DNA from: Octopus vulgaris
Lineage: Eukaryota
Direction of reading: 5' to 3'
Assembly (NCBI GenBank): GCA_951406725.2
Contig: OX597830.1
Coordinates: 63,736,001 to 63,800,000 of the forward strand
Length of the DNA stretch: 64,000 nt
Both the position numbers and the translations under genes were made by a program. Of the stretch, positions 1 through 13,762 are shown piece by piece (position 1 is the stretch's first letter; the number at the start of each line of letters is the position of its first letter). The notes below the pieces were generated by a model that saw only the letters and a program-made list of their open reading frames with translations, had not been told where the DNA came from and ran no database searches.

Positions 1-125
1 CACAGCCACTCCTACGCCTATATATTATATATATATATATATTATAATTTTAAAAATACAGATGTTTATATATATATAAACATATTCATATCTATATAAA
101 TATATATGTATTCATATATACTTAT

Positions 126-157
<32 letters not shown>

Positions 158-351
158 TATGTGTGTATATATATATATATGTTTACACATATACATGTAT
201 ATATATATATGTGTGTGTGTGTGTGTATGTGTGTGTGTGTGTATGTGTGTGTATGTGTTTTGTTATCTATCTTCCAATCTATCAATCTATTTAAGAATTC
301 ATATACGTATATGTCTGTCTGTATGTTTACAAGTGTGTAAATGTATGTGTG

Positions 352-471
<120 letters not shown>

Positions 472-684
472 ATTATTCGTATCTTTTTATCATTTTAAAC
501 TAGCCATCCATAGATATTTGAATACATTTTTTCACGTCCCTTATTCCGTTAAATTATATTTCTAAATATTTATATCTCTCGTTTAATTTTGTTATTTCCT
601 ATAAAAATTCTTTCATTCCATCTGAATGCTGCTACACTTTGTTTATAATCATTATTCATAACTTTCCTCCGTTTCCTTCTCCAC

Positions 685-754
<70 letters not shown>

Positions 755-814
755 GCTGTTGTTGTTGTTGTTGTTGTTTTGTCGTTGTTCTTGTTGTTCT
801 TGTTGTTATTATTA

Positions 815-1189
815 AGGCGTCGAGCCGGCCGAATCGTTAGCACGCCTGGCGAAATGCTTAGCGGTATTTCGTCTGCCGTTACGTTCTGTGTTCAAATTCC
901 GCCGAGGTCGACTTTGCCTTTCATCCTTTCGAGGTCGATAAATTAAGTACCAGTTACGCACTGGGGTCGATGTAATCGGCTTAATCCGTGTGTCTGTTCT
1001 TGTTTGTCCCCTCTGTATTTAGCCCCTTGTGGGTAGTAAAGAAATAGGTATTTCGTCTGTCTTTACGTTCTGAGTTCAAATTCCGCCGAGGTCGACTTTA
1101 CCTTTCATCCTTTCAGGGTCGACAAATTAAGTACCAGTTGTGTACTAGGGTCGATCTTATCGACTGGACCCCTCCTCCAAAATTTCAGG
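815..1189 (+). mobile_element. tRNA-derived SINE family B, dimeric form
   Basis: A/B-box-like head (gttcaaattcc). The gaggtcgactttgcctttcatcctttc core occurs twice. Matches 7060-7459 and 19405-19795. Confidence 0.88.
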
Positions 1190-1211
1190 ATTATTATTAT
1201 CATTATTATTA

Positions 1212-1260
<49 letters not shown>

Positions 1261-1265
1261 GAAGC

Positions 1266-1652
1266 GTGGAGGCGCAATGGCCCAGTGGTTAGGGCAGCGG
1301 ACTCGCGGTCGTAGGATCGCGGTTTCGATTCCCAGACCGGGCGTTGTAAGTGTTTATTGAGCGAAAACACCTAAAGCTCCACGAGGCTCCGGCAGGGGAT
1401 GGTGGTGATCCCTGCTGTACTCTTTCACCACAACTTTCTCTCACTCTTACTTCCTGTTTCTGTTGTACCTGTATTTCAAAGGGCCGGCCTTGTCACTCTC
1501 TGTGTCACACTGAATATCCCCGAGAATTACGTTAAGGGTGCACGTGTCTGTGGAGTGCTCAGCCACTTACACGTTAATTTCACGAGCAGGCTGTTCCGTT
1601 GATCGGATTAACCGGAACCCTCGTCGTCGTAACCGACGGAGTGCTTCCATCC
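1266..1652 (+). mobile_element. tRNA-derived SINE family C, full length, 10-bp TSD
   Basis: A box tggcccagtggtt, B box ggtttcgattcc. TSD attatgaagc at 1256-1265 and 1653-1662. Confidence 0.92.
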
Positions 1653-1801
1653 ATTATGAAGCACTTTCGCTGCACATCGTAGCGCTTTGTCTTGGTTACC
1701 TTCAGTCTTTTTTTTCTTTATTTTCCTTTATGCACAAACTATCCTTCGTGCTAAGCATGCTGTGTGTTTATTAGTGTTGCTTTATCTATGTCGTTTACAT
1801 A

Positions 1802-1967
1802 CAAGGTGTCCATAAATTACCTTTACAATTTTAAAAAAAGAAAGGAATTTAAGGATAACTCATCAAGTTGCATATTTGTTTGGCTGTGTTTTCCAATAAA
1901 CTCTATTCAGTTATAAATATTTTTTTCCTGAATTTTCACATTGTAAACGTAATTTATGGACAACTTC
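1802..1967. mobile_element. Tc1-type MITE
   Basis: About 28-bp TIRs caaggtgtccataaattacctttacaat / attgtaaacgtaatttatggacaacttc, TA on both sides. Confidence 0.78.
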
Positions 1968-2362
1968 TATATCAGTTCTGAGGTTTGAGTTGAGGATATA
2001 ACTATATTTTTTGTATTATTGCCAAGATTCATGTTAATATAATAATTGTTTTAGTTTTCAATTCCATGTTGGCTATCTCTATTTTTAGATCTTCATATTT
2101 AGATAATTTTTTCTAGTGTCACTTCATATTTGTCATTTATATGTATAAGTTTTCATATTTGGGAAGTGAGGTTTTTCCCCCTATATTTTAACATTTCTTG
2201 TACGAATTATCATTTCTGATACCTATATTCTTTTATCATTTCCAATATGCATGTTAATATAACAATTATGTGAGTTTTCAGTCCCGACGTGTTGGTTATC
2301 TCTACTTTAAGACCTTTATATTTTGATTTTTTTCGTTTCTCTTGGAAATACATTTTCATATA

Positions 2363-2595
2363 CATTTCTTTACTACTCACAAGGGGCTAAACATAGAGGG
2401 GACGAACAAGGACAGACAAAGGGATTAAGTCGATTACATCGACCCCAGTGCGAAACTGGTACTTTATTTATCGACCCCGAAAGGATGAAAGGCAAAGTCG
2501 ACCTCGGCGGAATTTGAACTCAGAACATAACGACAGACGAAATACTGCTAAGCATTTCGCCCGGCGCGCTAACGTTTCTGCCAGCTCACTGCCTT
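2363..2595 (-). mobile_element. SINE family B, monomer, with 15-bp TSD
   Basis: TSD atacattttcatata at 2348-2362 and 2596-2610. Confidence 0.92.
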
Positions 2596-3083
2596 ATACA
2601 TTTTCATATATTGGAGCAAGAACATAGGTCAGAAAACAGGAGACATTTCACATCCAGCTGTGTTTTGGCAATAGTTTAACGCCTCCGGGTGTTGACCATG
2701 CACCTGTATATGCACGTACAGGCCTAGGTAAAAGTGTTTGAGGAAGACAAACAGTTATTGGTTCATGCAAGTTCTTCTCTTCCTGCCACTGATGTTTATC
2801 CAAGGGAAAGATCACTAGCTTGAACCGATATAGTTTGGCACCAGTTATTGTTACAGGCATTGGCTGTCAGAACCCAAAGAGAGGTACTGCAAAACAGCTC
2901 ACCAATTTCTATAACTTTTCCGCCAACCCGACACCCTGAACTGGTACTTTGTGCGTATATGTGTGTGTATATGTCTGTTTATGTGTGTATGTGTGTGTTG
3001 GTATATGGGTGTACATCCACATGTTTTGTCCCGCTATTTGTTTGACGTTCTTTGAATACTCTCTCTCTCTCTCTCTCGCTCTC

Positions 3084-3115
<32 letters not shown>

Positions 3116-3353
3116 GCTTTCTTACAAAGGGGTCTAATGCTCTTAGCTTAGAGTTTTTGGGGGACAACCAGATCGAACCATCTCAAGTGTAACTGTCCGA
3201 AATGGTCGTGACTTCTGGTACTTGACTGATGAAAGAAAGCTAAGAATGACCCGTCTTTTTTTGCCTGTCCTTCTAATTGTTGTTTCCCTTGACCGCTTTT
3301 TGTCGTCTATCTGTCCGAACGTTTTAATGCCCTCTATTGCATTTTTGTTCCGT

Positions 3354-3422
<69 letters not shown>

Positions 3423-3452
3423 CATCTATCTGTCTGTCTGTCTATCTATCTG

Positions 3453-3542
<90 letters not shown>

Positions 3543-3548
3543 CATCAC

Positions 3549-3649
<101 letters not shown>

Positions 3650-4144
3650 GTATGTTTGTGTGTGTGTGTGTGTGTGTGTGTCCTTATGGCGACAAAATCA
3701 GCAGAGCGTCGAACAAATGGTTTGCAGCAATCGTTTTGGTTCTTTTATATTCTAAGTTGAATCCCATCGAGATCACATTTGCTTTCTATCTCCCTTAGAA
3801 CGATAACAGTAAGCCTGCTTCAAGTTCTAGAGTCAAGGATATCGAGAATCATCCTATCCTTAAAATTGCTATCTTTATACCTAAATTGGAAGTATAGGAG
3901 AGAGGGTTCATACCTTTAGTAATCAGGCTAATCTTGGATCTGTGGATTTCCTTGATTGCTGCACCTTCTCCTGTATCAAGAGGACTGCATCACTCATGTT
4001 ATCACATAATTTGTCTACTATGTATATTTTGTATATTTTGTATACATTTCACTGTCTTTTCCATTTCCTTTATGTAAATCTCCACACAAATTGCCTGTCC
4101 TTGTGATGTCCCCCTTATCTATGCCGCTGTGGCTAATAATAGAA

Positions 4145-4208
<64 letters not shown>

Positions 4209-4210
<2 letters not shown>

Positions 4211-4400
4211 AAGAATGAAAAGTTTTCAATGGTACAACAATGCACTATGATACAAACAATGGACTATATACCTGTTGTAATTTAGTCATCCATAGTTTGA
4301 TAATATTTCGGAATAAGGATGACTAAATTACAACAGGTATATAAGCCCATTGTCTGTATTATAGTGCATTGTTGTGTCATTCAAAACTTTTTATTCTTTA
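4209..4400. repeat. Inverted repeat, about 83-bp arms and 25-nt spacer
   Basis: 4209-4291 versus 4317-4400, between (TTA)n arrays. Confidence 0.88.
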
Positions 4401-4443
4401 CAAACAATACACAATGCTTCAAGCAAACTACAATACTCTCCTA

Positions 4444-4507
<64 letters not shown>

Positions 4508-4551
4508 CATTGAGTGAGAGAGCAGTTCATGCCATCAAATATTACTATTAC

Positions 4552-4611
<60 letters not shown>

Positions 4612-4613
4612 AA

Positions 4614-4786
4614 CGGCGAGTGGCAGAATCGTTAGCACGCCGGACAAAATGCTTAGCGTTATTTCGTCTGCCTCTACACTCTGAGTTCAAATTCCACTGA
4701 GGTTGACTTTCATTCTTTCATCCTTTCGAGATCGATAAATTAAGTACCAGTCAAAATTTCAGCTCTTGTGCCTATAGTAGAAAAGA
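4614..4786 (+). mobile_element. SINE family B, diverged/deleted copy
   Basis: ggcgagtggcagaatcgttagcacgcc head plus core. Confidence 0.8.
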
Positions 4787-5463
4787 TTTTATTATTGTTG
4801 TTATCGTTGTTGTTGTGGCTGTTGTTGTTGTTGTTGCATGTGTTCTTTGCACAAACGAGGACATCAGTGGATTCTTCGTCCATTTACAGTTATGGCTGTT
4901 ATTAAAAAAAAATATTTATTGTATTCATATCAATTTACAGCTAAGATCTTTCTAATTTGATTATCTTTTCCACTTTGCACGTGTATGCAAATTTTCAATC
5001 CCCTCACCTCCTCCTTCCCCCTTTCTCATTATAGTCTTTCTAACTCACATATTATTAAGGGAATTGTTTTAACTTTCAAACCACATATTCCGAATATGTC
5101 CATATTGTTTTTGGTTTTGGTTTAGTCTTAACGTTTAAATTTAGATATAAAATTTCTCTAACTTTTTTATTTTTTATTTTTATCTTTTTACAAAAATGCA
5201 TTTTTGTGCGCTGAAAAATTAAAATTGATGTCTACCAGGGGACATGTTATATTTAACGATCTTTCATAACGTCGTCAAACTGCTTTAAACTCCCGTTTCC
5301 ATGTTTCAGTAAAATCACCCGAGCTAACTAAGCGGATAATATTAAAGTTTCCAGCGAAAGATTTTTGCAGTTCGTTATTTGCCCCACCTCACTCGCCTCC
5401 AACACCGCGCTAGAAACATGGACGAGATGTTTGTCAAATGATTCATTATACCTGACTTTAAAT

Positions 5464-5817
5464 AAACTTACTTGAAGTAACACTACCGCCGCATACAGCA
5501 GCGGTAGCAGTAGATATTTGACGAATGTTTCACTACTCTACGGTTGTGAGTTCAATCCACGAATAATAGGTGAATCATATTGTCTTAATGTTTATAATAT
5601 CTGACACACTCACCAGTTAGATTTCTATTCTTTTATTGACAAACTTACTTGAAGTAACACTACAGCCGCATACAGCAGCGGTAGCAGTAGATATTTGACG
5701 AATGTTTCGCTACTCTACAGTTGTGAGTTCAATCCACGAATAATAGGTGAATCATATTGTCTTAATGTCTTATATTATCTGACACACTCACCGGTTAGAT
5801 TTCTACTCTTTTATTGA
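5464..5817 (+). repeat. 177-bp tandem duplication
   Basis: 5464-5640 and 5641-5817 are near identical. The tail resembles 6475-6545. Confidence 0.9.
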
Positions 5818-5849
5818 CAAGGATACAAAAATAGCAAAAATTTTGGATG

Positions 5850-6395
<546 letters not shown>

Positions 6396-6794
6396 ATATA
6401 TATACACTTTGTTTCTGTATTTGGCTTACGATATTCTTTATGTGAACTCGTGTGTTGTTATACTCACCGCTAATTCACTCAACGGTTAGATTTCGTCTCA
6501 TTTATTGACAAGGATGCAAAAGCAACGAGAATTTGGGAAGAATAAAAAATATAAATGAGTGGAAATCGAACCGGTGCGTGTGTTAGATAATAAGGCATTA
6601 ACACAACATGACTCTCCTCAGACACAACAAAATTATCTTTTATCGTTTTCCTGTTATTTGTTTCAGTCATTTGACTGCAGCCCTGTTGGGGTACCATCTT
6701 GAAGGGTACACACACACTCACATACACACACACACACACATAGGGGAGAATTCACAAAAAAACAAAAAACAAAAGACGAAGGCAGGGGGTGTAG

Positions 6795-6959
6795 ATGATC
6801 TCTGACAACTATATCTGGTCTGTTGGCCTTAATTTCTCTATCTGTGTGTATTGGCATATCCCAGAGTATGGTTGCTTTCTCATTTTCTGTGACCTTTTCT
6901 GGTGTGTGCCTATACCATCTTTTTTCTGTTGTTATTCCATAATGTTGGCATAGCTTCCA

Positions 6960-6960
<1 letters not shown>
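6795..6960 (-). mobile_element. R4/Dong-like LINE fragment
   Basis: TILWDMPIHTDREIKANRPDIVVRD; matches 56695-56860. Its 5' end abuts (TAA)n on the minus strand. Confidence 0.85.
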
Positions 6961-7027
<67 letters not shown>

Positions 7028-7059
7028 TATTATTATTATTATTATTATAATTATTATTT

Positions 7060-7459
7060 AAGGCGGCGAGCTGGCAGAAATGTTAGCACGCCGGACTAAA
7101 TGCTTAGCAGTATTTCGTCTGCCTCTACGTTCTGAGTTCAAATTCCGCCGAGGTCGACTTTGCCTTTCATCCTTTCGGGGTCGATTAAATAAGTACCAGA
7201 TACGCACTGGGGTCGATATATTCGACTTAATCCCTTTGTCTGTTCTTGTTTGTCCTCTCTGTATTTAGCCCCTTGTGGGTAGTAAAGAAATAGGTATTTC
7301 GTCTGTCTTCGTGCTCTGAGTTCAAATTCTGTCGAGGTCGACTTTGCCTTTCATCCTTTCGGGGTCAATAAATTAAGTATCAGTTACGCACTGGGGTCGA
7401 TGTAATCAACTAGTCCCCTCCCACTAAATTTAAGGCTTTGTGCCTCCAGTAGAAAGGAC
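7060..7459 (+). mobile_element. SINE family B, dimeric form
   Basis: Near-identical layout to 815-1189, between (TTA)n arrays. Confidence 0.9.
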
Positions 7460-7521
<62 letters not shown>

Positions 7522-7523
<2 letters not shown>

Positions 7524-7984
7524 GAGTGAGAGAGCAGTTCATGCCATCAAAGTGACACTGGGGTAAAATATACGAAGCCCAGTATACCCATCATGACTAC
7601 CCGTCTGATAAGGGTACACCAGGCACATGCATCACAACCATATGTGCGCGACATGGTGATCTCATATCAAGATAAACAGCACATGACCTTGCAGGTGGGG
7701 CCCAGTTAGAATTTTCTTCAGGTTGAGTAGCCCATCCCGCTCAAAAAGTCCCTGAATAAGGGTTGTTTAAAGATGTTGAACGAAACACCCATGTTTCCAG
7801 AGGTGAATTATTCAAACCCCAAAGAATCCTTCTCAACACATGGCTATGATGCTCCCCCACTACTTCTGCTCGTGATCAGAGATGCACATATCGTCAGCCA
7901 CTAAGGGACATGCTCAACTGGTTAAGGTCAAACAACTGACAAGCAAATCTGTGGTATTGAGCAGAATATTTGCTGTAGCCCATC

Positions 7985-7985
<1 letters not shown>
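7522..7985 (-). mobile_element. Unclassified (TAA)n-associated repeat, probably a LINE 3' UTR
   Basis: Embedded in (TTA)n. A 30-nt terminal copy lies at 4510-4539, also in (TTA)n, and an internal copy at about 46955-47125. Confidence 0.65.
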
Positions 7986-8036
<51 letters not shown>

Positions 8037-8079
8037 ATTAATATTATTATTATTATTATTGTTATTATTAACATTATAC

Positions 8080-8203
8080 TGGTCGACTTCGCCTTTCATC
8101 ATTTCGGACTCGATAAAATAATTACCAGTTGAACATTGGGGTCGATGTAATCGACATGCCCTCACCACCTGAAATTGCTGGCCTTGAGCCAAAATTTGAA
8201 ATC
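8080..8203 (+). mobile_element. SINE family B 3' fragment
   Basis: ggtcgacttcgcctttcatc...ggggtcgatgtaatcgac. Confidence 0.7.
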
Positions 8204-8646
8204 ATCATTATTATTATTATTATTGTAACTGTTGTTGTTGTTGTTGTATTTACTTATTTATTTATTCGCAAAAATCATTCAGATTTGAAGTAAAGATAAA
8301 TTTCAACAATATTTAAAGAACAATTATAGTAAATCATTATTCCAATTGTAAAAAAAAAAAAAAAGAAAAAATGAAATATAATGTATTTCACCCTTTAATC
8401 AATAACAACATCGATACTAATAATAGCCAGTCATGACAAATTATTTATTCAGATTGCTTTGACGAATAAATATTAATAATAACAGAAAATAAACAGAAAT
8501 AATGACGTCATCGACAACGGAAACCGACACAAACAACAATGGACGACACATAAGTCGCTTAGTGAAAAAGGAACCAAAACAATTAAACAATCACAAATTC
8601 TCGTAAAACAACGAGTACTATATGTGTGTGTGTATATATATATATA

Positions 8647-8809
8647 GGCGCAGGAGTGGCTGTGTGGTAAGAAGTTTACTTCCCAACCACATGCTTCCGG
8701 GTTCAGTCCTACAGCGTGGCACCTTAGGCAAGTATCTTCTGCTATAGCCTCGGGCCGACCAAAGCCTTGTGAGTGGATTTAGTAGACGGAGACTGAAAGA
8801 AGTCCGTCG

Positions 8810-8844
<35 letters not shown>

Positions 8845-8950
8845 GTATGTATATGTTTGTGTGTGTCTGTGTTTGTCCCCCCTCCATCGTTTTGACAACC
8901 GATCTTGGTGTGTTTACGTCTCCGTAACTTACCGGTTCGGCAAAAGAGAC
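8647..8950 (+). mobile_element. SINE family A, 3'-truncated
   Basis: Matches 5971-6275. Confidence 0.85.
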
Positions 8951-9111
8951 TGCGTGGCTAAATACGAGGTTTATAAATAAGTACTTAGGTTCATATAAAC
9001 ATAACATATATATATTAGATACAGAAATAATTTATTCTCAAACGCATGATAATGCTAATACAATAGCCTGAACAGGATAAATTATCGATATATTCCAGAA
9101 AATTCGTTACC

Positions 9112-9184
9112 GGCCAACCATGAGACTCGAACACGCATCTCTGTGATTACGCGTCAAGTGCTATACCTTTAAGCTAAACTGCCC
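9112..9184 (-). pseudogene. tRNA-like sequence (Thr-CGT-like), probably a pseudogene or SINE head
   Basis: Minus strand gggcagtttagcttaaaggtatagcacttgacgcgtaatcacagagatgcgtgttcgagtctcatggttggcc: A/B boxes present, stems imperfect. Confidence 0.5.
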
Positions 9185-9288
9185 AGTAACTAATTGTTCT
9201 GCAATTTTAGGATTTATAAATCTAGCTTTAAAGACGCTAACATTAAATTCAACTTTCACGTTTCTAAAAGGGTGATGACTGTCTAAAA

Positions 9289-9376
9289 GATGAAGCAAGA
9301 GAGGAACACCCCAAACGACTGAATTCTGAAGAATTGCAAGCTACTGCTGATGAAAATCCAACCATCACAACTAAGG
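9289..9376 (+). pseudogene. mariner transposase linker/HTH fragment
   Basis: DEAREEHPKRLNSEELQATADENPTITT resembles D..RSGRP...L....ENP..T. Confidence 0.45.
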
Positions 9377-9399
9377 CTTGGTAAAAGGGTGGAAGATGG

Positions 9400-9696
9400 T
9401 GTAGTGGTCCTCGTAGCTAAATAGTTGAATGAACTCCCTTGCAAGAAAGGTTATAGAGTAATCTCTCTTTTCTAAGTTTCTCGAAGCATCTGTGTCATGA
9501 GAGGTGATTCTTAATTATTCAAGAAGCTAAGCGTTTCTCTTGGAAGTTTCTAGAATGTTTATCGTTCCATTAATAAAAACAGCTTGCTGACCCTGCTCTT
9601 CGCTTCTTAGTCAATTAGACTTAGAATCATTGCTTTGTCCGTCTATTTCTCCACGGCACATGACTGAAAACCACCACTTAGCTGAAAACCACTACA
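9400..9696 (+). mobile_element. Candidate solo LTR
   Basis: tgtagtggt...accactaca inverted termini and an internal AATAAA. No TSD. Confidence 0.3.
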
Positions 9697-9718
9697 TTTT
9701 CTGAGATTTAATAATCCT

Positions 9719-9798
<80 letters not shown>

Positions 9799-9829
9799 GT
9801 ATCTATGCATGTATATATGTATATGTATA

Positions 9830-10062
9830 TGTTTGTGTGTCTGTGTTTGTCCTCCACAACCGATGTTGGTCCTTGGCAACCGATGTTGGTGTGTTTACGT
9901 CCCCGTGACTTAGCGGTTTGGCAAAAGATTTCGATAAAATAAGTACTAGGCTTACAAAGAATAAGTACTGGGGTCGATTTGTTCGATTAAAGGCGTTGCT
10001 CCAGCATGGCCGCAGTCGAATGACTGAAACAAGTTAAAGAATAAAAGAACGAATAAAAGAAT
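9830..10062 (+). mobile_element. SINE family A 3' half
   Basis: Matches 6180-6395. Confidence 0.85.
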
Positions 10063-10075
10063 AATATTTATTTAA

Positions 10076-11310
10076 CCCTTGGTCTACCAGAGGGAGTGTA
10101 TGTCACTAATTACCCACCTAATTACCCAATATTTTTCTTTTAATTAAATTTCATTCCAACTGCCACTATTTCTTAGCTACATTATGTATGCTTTCAGGCG
10201 AATAAAGAATTACTGTTTCTTACAAATTTTAATAAAATAATACAGCTTACAGAATTTAAAATAAATGTAAAAAATTACAAAAATACAGAAATACAGCTCT
10301 TCATGGCAGTGAATATTCTTGGAACATTGGAATGTTCTTGGCAAACATGGATATTACAATTCTTACGCGTAGTACGAGTTTTCTTGCCTTTTTTAGGGCC
10401 ACACATAGAACAGCTGCCTTTTTTCTTTGACTGACGAATCTCAAATGAGGTTGAAGATCGTCTTCTCTTCTTGTTTGGTTGGGAAATGTTAGCAGAACTA
10501 GAAGATTGTTTGTCATGTTCTTGTTTAACATTAATTTCAGGAAGTTACTTTCCTAACTAAATTAGGCACCGTCTTCTTCTATCCTTGAAGCTTTGCAAGT
10601 GAAGCTGTTTTGCAACAATGACAGCATTTACTGCACTTATATCAATCTTCGAGTCATTCTTTTGCAAGTGTATGTCCTTACCATCTTATCTAGGGTATCT
10701 ACTCCTCCTTTTGTTTTGTTGTAACATGTAATAACTTCAGGTTTCTTGAATCAATTGAAGGCTGAGAATACATTGTACTCATAAGTGTGACTACATATTT
10801 TTTCTTTGGATAATAAGATAGAATCATAGAATCATTTTGAAATCCAAATACTGTGCTGTTGATTTCTCTTTCTTTTCCATTTGTGAAAGCACTTGGAAGT
10901 TCAAATCTGTTCTTTCTAATTGTTCCAATTAAAGTAGTTTTCTTGCTAAGCAGCTTTCGAGCCAATCCTAGACTTGTAAAAAAATTATCCCAAGTTATAT
11001 TGCAATCAGTATTTTCAAGTTCTTTTATTAGGTCTTCAACAACTCTTGAACCTTGATTTGTCTCTGGGTCTTTCTAGGTATAAGATTTTTCACTGTCGCA
11101 TATTGACCAAATTTTAATTCCATATTTACCTGGTTTTGAAGGAATATATACCTGGAAAGGGAAGCTCCCTCTGAATGAAATACTGCTCTTTCTCATATTT
11201 ATATTCTCCTGAATGATGATGCAATATTTTGTAAGAATTGCGTCATCATATAGAAATATTGAATCACTCTTTAACCTAGCATATTGAAGGTGATGCAATA
11301 CCACACAAAT
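10076..11310 (-). mobile_element. piggyBac-like DNA transposon, pseudogenised transposase
   Basis: TTAA-CCCT terminus at 10072-10079. Motifs SFRG..PFQVYIPSKPGKYGIKIW..CD, DNFFTS, GTIRKNR, YNKTKGGVD.LD, and a C-terminal Cys-rich CSMC...CNIHVCQEH. Frameshifted. Confidence 0.9.
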
Positions 11311-12039
11311 TTACACGAATATTTTCATAATTCTTTCGATTTTGTCTAAAATTCAGCAAATAAATTGAATACAATTTTATCTATTTTATATGTGATAAAT
11401 ATCTAGGAAAATAATATTTGATACTGCTTTTATTCGGTTTAGAATAACAAGAATATTGTCTGAATTTAAATCGAGCGTCCAATGGACCTATACGGTAATT
11501 AATGTATAAAGCGAATTTTTCCCGTTTTTATAAACATACGGAAAATTTCCCATTTGACAAATAAAAGAGAGTCAAGAAAAAATAAGAATCACGAGAAATC
11601 AGCAAGATCAAATAATACTGAGGCGGGAAGAATTTGGCTGTCAGCGCTCAGGCTGGTGTACCCCAGAGCATTAATACATCTCACTATTCCAGAGCAGGCA
11701 CTGCCGACATGACGGAAGTAAGGACTTGATTAAATGGTAACTTCGCTTGCATTATGTGGAATAAATAAAATGCAATTTATTTTATTTTCAATGGTTTATA
11801 CGATTTAGGGTTTAGATGAAGAAACCAAAAATAAATAAACTGAAACGCTTGGCTGTGAATATCCCATAATTCATTGTTTTCTCGAGATACCACCGAAAAG
11901 TGACACAACAAAATTTGTTTCAACGCACGAATTCACATAAAGAATCTTGCAAACTAGATGCAGAAATGAAGTATGTATGTATGTATGTATGTATGTATGT
12001 ATGTATGTATGTATGTATGTATGTATGTATGTATGTATG

Positions 12040-12109
<70 letters not shown>

Positions 12110-12110
<1 letters not shown>

Positions 12111-12826
12111 TTGAAATTTACAGAAAACAAAAGTCGAAGACAGGTGTATAAACAAGAAGCAGGTGTATTAGTTTGACGCTAGGGAAAGTGAGAAAGTCTT
12201 TGATGTTTCGAGCCTACGCTCTTCAATAGAAAGGAACACGATGAAATAAAAAGAGAGACTAGAAAAACCTTTTGGAGTTAGCTGTCAATCATGGCGACTA
12301 GTTGGACAAAGATAGTTAGACAAGAGAGCTAGGAAGAAGGGGAGATAATAAAGTACTGGTGATCCCAAAATGAAGTTGCGCGTGCGTGTGTGTATGTGAG
12401 AATGTGTGTGCGTGTGGATAGGCGCTGGTGACTTTGACGTGTGGATGCGTGTGTTTGTAAGTGTGTATGTGTGTCTGTAATGTGTGGGTGTGTGGATGAT
12501 GCTGTGGGTGCTGAGAAGTGGTCAGTGCTAGTGTGTGCGGAGTTGTGTGGGGTGGCGTGATGTGGCGTGGTGCTTTGTATCTGTACATTCTCGTCACTTC
12601 CATCCACCTTTCAGCAAACTGGCCAGAAGGCAGCATTTCCCTCTCAACCCTTATTTTCCTTTTCAAGTGAAATTTGAAAAAGTTGATCAGGGATTGGCCG
12701 AAGGGAAAAGTGTTTGTCTTCAGCCCCTTCAATCTCGTCCACCATACAACCTCTTTTACCATGGCCACCAGGCATATAAACACAGCCTTTCCATCCCGGT
12801 TAAAGGAAGGCGGTGAGACGATGTCC
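12110..12826 (-). mobile_element. Tx1/L1-like LINE ORF2 C-terminal fragment joined to a PLE-type HHR 3' module
   Basis: Translation FICLVAMVKEVVWWTRLKG...FFKFHLKRKIRVERE...FAERW resembles the Tx1-clade ORF2 C-terminus (recognised by eye). 12110-12370 aligns with 34911-35220. Confidence 0.6.
12198..12233 (-). ncRNA. Decayed hammerhead-like motif, same family as 35011-35046
   Basis: Minus strand reads cttt CTATTGA a GAGC gtag GCTC GAAAC ATC aaag. Confidence 0.55.
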
Positions 12827-12852
<26 letters not shown>

Positions 12853-12857
<5 letters not shown>

Positions 12858-13310
12858 GACAAAAACAATAAAGTTTGCTTATTGATCGACATGAGTATCC
12901 CCTGTGATCATAATATCTCGGCGAAAGAGTTTGACAAGCTCAGAAAATATAAAGACCTGCTCATTGAAATTGAGAAAATGTGGCATCTCAAGGCGGTTAC
13001 AATACCAGTGATCGTAGGAGCACTAGGAATGATCAAGAAGGGAACCGAAAATTATATGAGAATGATCCCTGGCTTACCATCCCTGCAAGAAGTGCAAAAG
13101 ATTGTCTTAAGTGGTACATCACACGTATTGAGAAGAGCATTGTCAATGTGAGAATTATTACTACCCATGTATTTTAATTTAACTTAAAAAATTTTTTTTT
13201 AAATGAACGAACTATTGAGTTTAGTTTAATGGCCTACCAATGTATACTATGAGTTTCTTTGCCCTAGGAGTCGGGAAGGCACTCGGCAAGAAATGGAAGC
13301 AAATTTGAAA
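12853..13310 (+). mobile_element. R4/Dong-like LINE 3' end
   Basis: CLLIDMSIP.D...KEFDKLRKYKDL.IEI.KMW..PVIVGALGMIKK. Preceded by (TAA)n. Confidence 0.88.
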
Positions 13311-13466
13311 GAAGAAAAAAAAAAAAAAATAATAATAAATTAATGGAAAATAATGCAGATTTGTACAAGAGATAAAACAGGTGTTTATCCAGACAATATT
13401 GTTAGAAAATTTATTGAAAATCATTGTTGTATCAATAAACTTTAGACTTCATCATTGATTAGAACG

Positions 13467-13530
<64 letters not shown>

Positions 13531-13762
13531 AATCACCATTACTATAGCAACCGTCAACGACACCGCCTAACTACCACTGCTGCTATTACTACCGCCACCA
13601 CTACGACAACTACTAATGACACTTATCACCTCTACCACTAAGACTCGCTACGGCCACAACAACCATCGGTACTAGCACACTTACATACGTACAAACAATA
13701 CCACCACCACCACCACCACCACCGCCGCCGCCGCCATCACTACCACCATGTCTATGACTACT

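Noticed and set aside
1266-1345. tRNA gene at the SINE-C head (and heads of SINE-A/B)
   Set aside because: The heads are continuous with SINE bodies, several TSD-bounded, and the cloverleaf is incomplete.
3190-3245. GAAA...CTGATGA as a permuted hammerhead
   Set aside because: Stems I-III cannot be paired.
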